Source of the DNA: Rhynchobatus australiae
Taxonomy: Eukaryota
DNA length: 64,000 nt
Direction: 5' to 3'
Assembly (NCBI GenBank): GCA_034780895.1
Contig: JAUZTB010000118.1
Span: 56,725,228 to 56,789,227, forward strand
Position 1 is the stretch's first letter; each line of letters opens with the position of its first letter. Below, in pieces: positions 26,951 through 36,135 of this stretch. The position numbers and the translations under genes were made by a program. The notes beneath the pieces are model-generated. The model searched no databases. It saw only the letters and a program-made list of their open reading frames with translations, and had not been told where the DNA came from.

Positions 26951-27706
26951 TGCACATCTTCCCTTCTCCCCTTTCTCCCTGTTCCACTCTTCCATTGCCA
27001 CCCACCACTCTCCATGCCATGGCACCATCCCATGTAACTGGAGGTGTAACTCCTGTCCATTCGCCTCTTCTCTTCCCACCACCCAGGGACTCAAACAACC
27101 ATTCCAGGTGGAGCAGCGATTTGCTTGCACTTCTTCCAATCTCATCTATTACATTCGGTGTTCAGTATGTGACCTCCTCTACATTGGAGAAACCAAACAC
27201 AGATTATGTGATCACTTTGCAGAGCATCTGCACTCAGTTCACAGCAGTGATCCTGAAGTGTATATAGTAATCCAGTTGTACCCTCGATCTTACTCCCGAT
27301 TGTCTGTTTGTGGCCTCCCCTACTGCCATAGTGAGGCCCAAAGTAAACTAGAAGAACAACATCTTATCCTTCTTCTGGGCATGTTGCAAACCCCTGGAAT
27401 GAACAATGAATTCTCCAGCTTCAGGTAAACTGCTCTCTCACCAATGTTTCCCTTTATCATGCCTCTTTCCCTTTCTCACCCCATTTCTTTAAAATACTTT
27501 GCTAGTGATCAGTGCTCACAATACTTAACACCTAATCTGTCTAAATTTATCTCCAAATAGTGTTCTGCTTGCACCTCACTCTTCCTTCTGCTTTGGAATC
27601 CTCCAATCTCCCCCGAGTTCTGAAGAATGGTCCCTTAACATACAACATTGACTGGCTTCTCTTTCCACTGCTTGACTGGCTGAGATCTTCCAGCATTTCT
27701 TTTTTT
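26951..27706 (+). mobile_element. Penelope-like element, GIY-YIG endonuclease, 3' UTR and terminal repeat
   Basis: ORF 27108-27428 CTSSNLIYYIRCSVCDLLYIGETKHRL..FAEH...LEEQHLI..LGMLQTPGMNNEFSSF (GIY-YIG); decayed hammerhead repeat gttctgaagaa..caacattgact at about 27617-27655. Confidence 0.88.
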
Positions 27707-27714
27707 CCCACTTG

Positions 27715-28025
27715 AATAGAACATAGAACAGCACAGCACAGGAACAAGCCCTTTGGCCCACCACATCTGCTCCGATCCTGATGCCAATCTAACTAATCCC
27801 ATCTCCCTGCACATTGTCTGTATCCCTCTATTCCTGGCCTGTTCATGTGTCTGTCTAAATGCCTCTTGAACTTTGCTGTCATACCTGCTTCCACCACCTC
27901 CCCTGGAAGTGGGTTCTTTTGTCCTTACTCCAAAAAAAACTTGCCTTGTACATCTCTTTTAAAGTTTCCTGCTCTCACCTTCAAACCTGTGGCCTCAAGT
28001 ATTTGATATTTCCACCCCAGGAAAA
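27715..28025 (-). mobile_element. CR1/HER1-type LINE 3' end
   Basis: atagaacatagaacagcacagcacaggaacaagccctttggccc tail; LKVRAGNFKRDVQGKFF on the minus strand. Confidence 0.82.
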
Positions 28026-28857
28026 AGACACAAATAACATTGAGATAAAGATCACATAATCTGTTCTTACGTTGATGTTGATTAAAAGATAAATTAGGAC
28101 AAAAGCGCCTGAGAAAATGTTTCATGTGGTGATTTATCATCCGAATTGCAAATCTCAGAGCTATAACATGTTTAAAGTAAGTGAGGAAAGGGAGAAAGAG
28201 AAGAAAACAAAACTAAAGACATTTTGCGTAAGAAAGGAAGGAAGTAGATACTAAATAATCACAAGGTTGAGGTNNNNNNNNNNNNNNNNNNNNNNNNNNN
28301 NNNNNNNNNNNNNNNNNNNNNNNNNNNNNNNNNNNNNNNNNNNNNNNNNNNNNNNNNNNNNNNNNNNNNNNNNAATCACAAGGTTGAGGTGAGGATGTTT
28401 ATGGGGCAAGTCAAGAAGTAAAAGATGAATCATGAGGAGCTCCAGATGATAATTGTAAAATCATTACAATTTGCCATTATGGGATTCACCAATCACTCCC
28501 CAAAACTTTGAGATGCGGGAAAAAATTAAACACAAAATGTGAAAGAAATAACAAATTTTGTCAATTTTTGTCAAAGATTCATGTTATGGAAAATTATGAT
28601 ATGGACAGTTTTTGAGGAACGCAACCCTTCCTTGCATGAGGTTGTACTGTACCTGTGTTTTCAACAAGGACCCGCAGTTATTATCTGGAATTAAGTCTGG
28701 AAGAATATTAAAAAAAAATCTAATCAAAGCTTGAAGTGTCAGTGGACCAAACAACCGTAGATGCTGGAAATCCAAAATAAAACTTGGAAAAGTGAGCAAA
28801 CAAGTGTGTTTTAAGTTGCAGAGAGGGGAGGGCTGGAGAATATAAGAGTAGGGAGGT

Positions 28858-29225
28858 CATGGTCCAACCTCAAACATTATTTGGGCTACAGGTGGATTAT
28901 TATGTACATTTCTGGTCGCCACACTGTAAGAGGGACATGATTGAACTGGAGAGGCTGCAGAGGAGCTTCTCCAGGATGTTTCCTGGGATGGAAAATTTCA
29001 GTTGTAAGAAGGGACTGGATAGGCTATGCTTGTTTTCCTTGAGGTGGAGGAGGATGAAAGGGGATCTAATGGATGTACACAAAATTATGAGCCACATAGA
29101 TAGGGTAGATATTAGGAGACTTTTCCCCAAACCAGAGGTAACTAAAACTAGAGGGCATAGATATTTAGGATGAGGGGTTTAGAGGGAATCTGAGAAAAAA
29201 ATTTCTTTTCATGCAGAGGGGTAAA
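28858..29225 (+). mobile_element. CR1 LINE ORF2 3' fragment
   Basis: YYVHFWSPHCKRDMIELERLQRSFSRMFPGM...LFSLRWRRMKGDL...TRGH. Confidence 0.88.
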
Positions 29226-29453
29226 AGTACTACAAGAGGTGATATTGGAGCCAGAGATTGATTCAGTGGAGAAGGAGAAGGATCCAGAAGAGTATTTTTG
29301 AATGTTGAAATTGCAACCTTTGTTTGAAAGGAAGGAAAAAAAATCATTTTGTTGAATCACTGAATGCGATGAAGGATCAAGTGGAACTGCAGGACAGAAA
29401 AACTTTGGGATAGAATAAGTCAGTGCTGTTATGAAGAGAGGTCAATAACAATA

Positions 29454-29472
29454 TGTGTGTGTGTGTGTGTGT
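29454..29472. repeat. (TG)n microsatellite
   Basis: Direct reading. Confidence 0.9.
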
Positions 29473-29835
29473 TTCCATGCATGGCTCTCAGGATACACTG
29501 TGTAGTTTGAATGTGATTATGGGTAGTTGTGAACTGTGAAGGGTGACAGTTCAGGTGGAACTCATGTGGAAAACGTGGAGCTAGAGACATTTGTTAAGGA
29601 AAGACGTGGCTGTGGAAACAATTTTTGATCAACACCTTATTAAAGACAAGATTAAATAGAAACCAGTGAGGTGAGATGAGGTAAAAAAGACAGACAGAAA
29701 TCCCATCTGAGGAAGAAGTAAAACTTCTTCACGGTNNNNNNNNNNNNNNNNNNNNNNNNNNNNNNNNNNNNNNNNNNNNNNNNNNNNNNNNNNNNNNNNN
29801 NNNNNNNNNNNNNNNNNNNNNNNNNNNNNNNNNNN

Positions 29836-30345
29836 CCCACTCCCTTTTGCACTTACTAAATTAAGTAAACATATGACTAACCCAATAGTTAAACATACAA
29901 TATGAATACAGTTTCAATTCTGTAAATTCTTTGGGTTGAATAAATTGAACTTATCAAGCCCCATTCAATCTATTTTTTTCTTTCAACCATCCAGAATCGA
30001 CTCAGCTTGTTCTTTATGGAAAATGAAGGGAATAACGTGTTTCCGTGATTTATTCATTGATAACTGCTTTTTAACTTTCGAACAGTCGTCTCATAAATAC
30101 AATTTACCTAGATCACACTTTTTTCGATACTTACAGATTGGAAATTTTTTTAAAAGTTACTATGCCTTCTTTCCCGATTCCATATAAAATTGAAATTACA
30201 GAAAAAAATTTAGGTTTTAAACCCTATCAGAAGGGCTTGAGAGCAATAATTTATGATCTAACTATGAAAATATGTCCAGAGACACTTGCTAAAATTAAGA
30301 ATGAATGGGAAAGAGAACTCCAGGTTCTTTTACCCAGAGACATGG
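29836..30345 (+). mobile_element. L1-clade LINE ORF2 C-terminal fragment
   Basis: WKMKGITCFRDLFIDNCFLTFEQ...YNLPRSHFFRYLQI and IKNEWEREL motifs typical of fish L1 ORF2. Confidence 0.78.
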
Positions 30346-31300
30346 AAGAAAAACAATAACAACAGACAACATCAACATGGATTCATGAAAGGAAATCATG
30401 CTTGAGAAGTTCACTGGAATTTTTTGAGAATGTTATTAACAGAATAACTAAAGTGGATGTGGTGTATCCGGATTTTTGATAAAGTTCTACATAAGAGATT
30501 AGCTTTCAGAGATAAGGCACATGGAAGTGAGGGTAAAGTGCTGATATGGATCTAGAACCAGTTGGCAGATTATCTGACTGGTGATCAATTGGGAGAGGGG
30601 GAGGTACAATGAGACCTGGGTGTCCTTGTGCACCTGTCACTGAAGGTGAGCAAGCAGGTACAGCAGGTGACTAAGAAGGGAAACTGTTCATTGGCCTTCA
30701 TAGTGAGCAGATTCAAGCACAGAGGATGGGTGTCATGCTGCAGTTGTCCAGGGCCCTGGTGACAACTGCACCTTGAGCACAATGTGCAGTTTTGGTCTCC
30801 TTATCTGAGAAAGGTTGGTCATGCAATGTAGGAATTTCAGTGAAGGTTCATCAGGCTGATCCCTGGGATGCAAGGACCAACGTAGGGAGAGAAATTGGGT
30901 CAATTATGCTTATATTCACCAGAATTTAGAAGACTGGAAAGGGATCTCAAAAAACTGACAAAATTATTACAGGACTGGATGGATGAGATGCAGGAAGGAT
31001 GTTCCCACTGGTTGGGCAGTCCAGGACCAGAGAACAGTATAAGGATAAGGAGTGGGCCATTTAAAGCTGAGATGAGAAACGAGAATGGTGGACCTGTGGA
31101 ATTCCCCGTCACAGAAAGGAGTTGAAGCCAAATCAGTGAATATATTCAAAGAGGCAGATATCATTCTTTGGGCTAGAGGGATCACGGGGTATGGAGAGAA
31201 AGCTGGAACAGGGCACTGAATCTGGATGATCAGCTGTCATCATATTGTACGGTGGAGCAGGATCGAAGGACCAAAAGGAAGGCTCCTGCTCCTGTTTCTC
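30346..31300 (+). mobile_element. CR1 LINE RT to 3' tail (internally deleted)
   Basis: QHGFMKGKSCL..LEFFE, VDVVYPDF, QxDLGVLV, VQFWSPYL remnants and tail ggagcaggatcgaaggacc..ctcctgctcctg. Confidence 0.85.
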
Positions 31301-33268
31301 TATCCAGCCACAGATTATGCACCAGGAACACGAGGTGAAGTGAGAAAGGGTGTGTAATGGGACACACAAACAGGGCCCACTCAAGGTGAGGTGGGGAAGT
31401 GCGTGTAATGGGGCCCCCTCAAGGAGGGGTGAAGAACCTGCTGGTGCCCGGGTGCTGGCACATATCTGCACACACAGACACAACATTCCTGTACACTGCA
31501 GCAGCTCAGGAATGTGGCTCACCACTCAAGGCTTGAATGTCTACAGATCCTTTCACACCCTTCTCAGGAGGTCCCAGAGCACTGGGGTACTGTGAAGGGC
31601 TGTCAGTGTGGTACTGCAGAGTGAGCTGAGAGTTTACAGCCTGGTGAAAGCAACAACCAACTGACTGAAGGGTAACTACTGACCTGGACATCACAGATAA
31701 CTCACTGGATTTGCTTTGGAGAACAGTCATAGACCTTTCACATCAGCTGAGGGGGTAATGAGATCTGGGTTGATCTGCAGGGCAGCACTGGTGGTGATAG
31801 TGTGAAATCAGTGGTGCAAGGTCAGGTGGAGAACCCATCTCTTGAGTGTGCACTCATTATTTGGCACATGCACGAATCCAGGGATGGATGTACTAAATCC
31901 CTGCTGAAAACATTACGGGACTAACATCATCACAGTTTATGGCTAAGTTTGTGCAAACTTCCCCATACCAATGCCTTGCTGCCTGGGCCATCCTATTGAG
32001 TCACATTTGAGGAGAGCCCTGAGATTTCTGAATGCTGGAATCTGAAGTTAATCTGAAATATCAACATTTTTCTCAGTGGACATATTGACCTGAAATATGG
32101 TGCAATTGCTTTTAATTTGCCAATTCCATTTTGTGAGGTCATTTAGAAAGGTATTCTGAGAATAACAATCCTTTTTGATACAGTGAGGAATTGCTTTGAG
32201 TTTGGCTCATTGACAGGTTAATAGAGGGGTAATTTTGCAATGTGTATAGATTATCATGTACCATCTTCATTTGTTCAATTAATGCACAGCAGGATAGTAT
32301 TCAAATTCTCCAGCAGCACCAGTCCAAAACATAATAAATGCAGGATACCCATAAATGAATCCAGCTTATCTTGGCTTCATCAAAAGGATGAGAGAAGTCA
32401 AGGACTTTTCATGGTATGTGGTAATTGAGCTAAAAAGCCCTCATTGCTCTTTTTCTAAGGATTGACATTGTAACAGTAATTGAACCCTGAGTGTACTTTT
32501 AGTTTGTTTTCAATTAATATTTCTCCAAACACTTTGAAAATACTTTGAGTGAAATGAATAAAAGTAAATTGCAAAAATCTCTCTCAACAGTGTTCTGACA
32601 GTTCACAGAATATTGCTCCTTTAGTCACGCAGTGTGCTCAATCTACCCAATTTCAATTAAATGTGTAAACATGTTCTTTGAATCTTCTCTCTTTGCTTAT
32701 CTAACCCCCTTAAGTGCTGTTTTCCTTAATGAGTCCTTGTGATAGGAAGTTTCACATTCAAAATCACTCATAAAAGTCCTTTCTCAGGCTTCCCCTCAAT
32801 TCCAGAACAATATGGTCTTAAAAACTGGGAGGCACAGAAGGTAAAGTGAAAATTTTAACTATATCCTTGGCCCAACCCCAGTGTCCATTCACTGAACAGT
32901 TGAATTGTGCCCCAACTCCTGCTATTCCAGCCCCTTCCTCCCTCCCTCCCCCATCCACTACCTTTGCTGCTGCTGCATCCCCCACCAATTTGCATTGTGG
33001 CACTGCTCCCAACCCCTCAGCAAAATATGCCACCCCAGCCTCCTGGCTAAGTCTTACCCCCCAACCACTTCTAAATGCCAGGTCAACATCCCCTCTTTCC
33101 CAACACGCTAATGTTGGGCTAACTTCCATACCCTCTCCTGCCTGGGGCCAACACCTTCAATCCCCAGCACAAAAGGTTAGCTGATTCCATCCCTCCCCTG
33201 TCAACATAGGAAGATTAGTGATATATTGACAAGGCTAAACAGAGATTAGAGGAACAGCACCTCATTAT

Positions 33269-33461
33269 TTTTTAATTTTTTAAAATTTATTTACAGCGTG
33301 GTAACAGGCCCTTCCGGCCCAACGAGTCCACACCGCCCATTTTTTTAAACCCCAAATTAACCTACCCATATGTCTTTGGAATGTGGGAGGAAACCGGGGC
33401 ACCCAGAGGAACCCCACACAGACACGGGAGAACGTACAAACTCCTTACAGGCAGCAGCAGG
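33269..33461 (-). mobile_element. V-SINE, 5'-truncated, inserted in the GIY-YIG coding end
   Basis: V-domain (gtctttggaatgtgggaggaaaccgg) and the same tail type as 26188-26400; short attat duplication at both junctions. Confidence 0.85.
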
Positions 33462-33688
33462 ATTATCTGCCTGGTTAATCTACAACCCAATGTCATGAAC
33501 ATTGAATTCTCCAATTTTCATGTAACCTGCTACCTCCCCTTATCCCTTTCTTTCCTCCTGGTCTACCCTTCCCTCCTTCAACTTGCAATCACCCCCCCTG
33601 ATTCACCTGGATCCACCGATCATTTGCCAGCTCTTACCCCACCCCTTCCCCTCAGCCCCTTATATTGACTATCTCCCCTCTACTCTTA

Positions 33689-33726
33689 CAGTCCAGATGA
33701 AGGGCCTCGATTTGAAACGTCGACTG
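33689..33726 (+). ncRNA. Minimal type I hammerhead ribozyme motif (U4 mutated to A)
   Basis: cagtc-cagatga-agggcctcgattt-gaaacgtc-gactg: perfect stem I (cagtc/gactg), GAAAC-GUC cleavage context. Confidence 0.7.
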
Positions 33727-34303
33727 TCCACTTCCCTCTACAGATGCTACCTGACTCACTGAGTTCCTCCAGCAGTTTGTTTTTGCTACAGATTCTTGGG
33801 GGCTAGCATGAGTTATATCCTGCTTGTTAAATTTTGAATTGAAACAAACCTAGAATGACAAATTAGAGAAAAGACTAGGTTATTCAATCTGTTTTTAAAT
33901 TCAGATGCTATCTCTTGATTCAAGAACAAACACCCAGACGATTGTTAAGTCGATGATTGCTTCTTAAATTGTGGCTGGTCATTAATAAGACTGCAGAACA
34001 TTTCTGCATTTGACTTAGTAGCCTCTTTCTGACAACCATCCGATTGAGACTAAATAAGTAATTGTTGAGTGCAATTTAAAGGTACATCATTTGTCACCAT
34101 TCATCACATGTTATTGGTTCAATGAGGATTTTGCAAAGCTTTAGAGACTTTCTTGAACATTCAGTCAGGAATTTACCAACAGCCAACCAGGTCCAAGAAC
34201 CTGTGCATTCTCATTCATTCACGGAATCATCCTGAAACCAGTCATCTTGTGCTACCCTGCATATTGTGCACTCTCAGGGGAAGTGGCTATAAGGAACTCT
34301 TGT

Positions 34304-34600
34304 CGCCACTTCCAGATTCCATCTTCTTCAGCCCTATGTCACATCCACCTATCACCTCCCAGATTCTTACATCATTCCCATTCTTCCCCTCCCTCACCTG
34401 CCTATCACCGGTCTCACCTGGATCCACCTATCACCCACCAGCTCATGCTCCACCCCTTCCCCCCACCTTTCATTGACTGGCTGTCTGCCCTCTTTCTTTC
34501 CAGTCCTGATGAAGGGTCTCGACCTGAAACATCAACTGTCCATTTCCCTCTATAAATGCTGCCTGACCCGCTGAGTTCTTCCAGCATTTTGTGTGTTGCT
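34304..34600 (+). mobile_element. 5'-truncated Penelope-like insertion with TSD
   Basis: Pyrimidine-rich UTR plus hammerhead repeat; flanks aaggaactcttgt (34291-34303) and aaggaactcctgt (34601-34613). Confidence 0.82.
34501..34538 (+). ncRNA. Minimal type I hammerhead ribozyme motif (intact CUGAUGA/GAAA core)
   Basis: cagtc-CTGATGA-a-gggtc-tc-gacct-GAAAC-atc-aactg; differences from the inferred consensus are CpG-type transitions. Confidence 0.75.
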
Positions 34601-35285
34601 AAGGAACTCCTGTAAACAGGTTCATGACGATTGCATTTGTACTTGAATGCTAAATCTATGGGTACCTGGTTTAATACCACGAAGCTAGTCAAATTCTGGT
34701 CATCATTTAGAACTAAAATTATATTCTAACAGGTCTTATTACCATTCAAATAAACAGGTCTTATTACCATAAAACCATATAGCTGTTTTTACCTTTTAAG
34801 CAAAGTGAGACCTCCAGAGTTTAAAATTAAGAATATTTAATTAAAAGTAAAATCGTATACAATATTATTGAAGGAAAAATGTAATATTAAAAAAGACAAA
34901 TAAAAGAATGAAAATGTTCCAAAAATTATTTTTTAAAATTCCAGCAGTTATTAAATTCTAAAGCAAAGGGATATAATTAAACTTTCAGCATCAGAAAGGT
35001 TATTTGGAAGAAATTATCCCTCTGCTAAAAATTCACAAAATACTTGTCACATCCAGGTTAACTTTTACTGATAAGTATTAAGTGAATTCAGCAACTTTAT
35101 GGCATTTCTGTATCTTACTGCTAAATCTCCAAGTAAGATACTAGCACAGCAAAGTTTATGGATGACCAGGTCAAGTCAGATGGCAACTTATGATTTCCAC
35201 ACTTAATTGAGCGTATGCTATGTTTGCTGTTGATTGCTGTGTGATTTATTCCTTTGTACTGCAAAATTGGCATCCAAATTAATTA

Positions 35286-35534
35286 TAAAAATAGAATATG
35301 CTGGAAATACTCAGGAAGTCAGGCCACATCTGTGGAAAGAGAAACGATCAATGTTTCAGTTGGAGGCCCTTCATCAGAACTCTGATCTGAAATGTTCTGA
35401 AGTAGGGTCCTCTACCCAAAATGTTAATTCCTTTTCTCTTCCCACTGACGTGGCCTGACCTGCTGAGTATTTCCAACATTTTCTGGTTTTGTTTTGGACA
35501 GCCAGCATCTGCAGTTTTTCTGATGTACATATAT
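35286..35534. mobile_element. Fold-back mini element with back-to-back hammerhead-derived cores
   Basis: Minus arm gttCTGATGAagggcctccaactGAAACattgatc...; plus arm gttctgaagtagggtcctctacccaaaatgttaat...; candidate TSD attaatta (35278-35285 / 35535-35542). Confidence 0.82.
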
Positions 35535-35619
35535 ATTAATTACTTCTCTGAAAACGATAAACATTTAATGATTATCTCAGGGTATGTCATAATATTATCT
35601 CCTTTTATCTATGTTGCAG

Positions 35620-35721
35620 CATGTTATATGTACCGGACTATGGTGTAAGTTAGAAGGTGAACAAGAGTGTAAAACCAAACTGGACCCACCACTAGATGGA
35701 ACTGAGTGTGAACGAGAAAAG
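35620..35721 (+). CDS. ADAMTS19: ADAMTS19-like exon (disintegrin-like domain)
   Basis: Acceptor ttgcag|CAT, donor AAG|gtaaga; 102 nt, phase 0-0: [34 protein letters not shown]; in frame with both neighbouring exons. Confidence 0.95.
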
Positions 35722-35971
35722 GTAAGAAATCCAAACTCCATATTTAAAATAGTTCTCAATTCTGCTTTTATATCTTTTTCTTGAAAACTTTCCAAATGCA
35801 GATGTTTCCAGTTGTGTCCCAAGCTCCTTGTCTCTGAAGAATGATGCAGAACCTGTAAGCCACCAATGTATGTCAACCATAATTGGGAGGGGAAATTGTG
35901 GAGCCACACAATTACTGACACAATACAAAAAGAATTGTCTCAGTTTGTTAACAAAATCCCAGGCATGAAAT

Positions 35972-36135
35972 CAAAATAGCAAATGCTGGAAACTCTTGGC
36001 AGGCCAGATAACATACATGGAAGGAAAATCAATGTATCAAATTGAAGACTCTTCAGGTCTGTTTCTCTTTCGACAGATACTACCTGATCTGCTGAGCATT
36101 TCCAGCATTTTTCCTGATTTTATGTCAGATTTCCA
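35972..36135. mobile_element. Fold-back mini element (same family)
   Basis: aaatgctggaaactcttggcaggccag.. versus ..ctgatctgctgagcatttccagcattt; flanks ccaggcatgaaat / ccagacataaat. Confidence 0.72.

Larger units (their letters stand above)
33228..33795 (+). mobile_element. Penelope-like element 3' end (interrupted by a V-SINE)
   Basis: KAKQRLEEQHLI | ICLVNLQPNVMNIEFSNF, then pyrimidine-rich UTR and hammerhead repeat at 33689. Confidence 0.82.

Noticed and set aside
27108-27428. GIY-YIG ORF as a domesticated nuclease gene
   Set aside because: It is part of a fragmented PLE with frameshifts upstream and an internal deletion, and has no splice signals or true ATG start.
33689-36135. Recurrent repeats as a CRISPR-like array
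   Set aside because: The repeats are dispersed, irregularly spaced and divergent in a vertebrate intron, with no spacer periodicity or cas genes; retroelement termini explain them.
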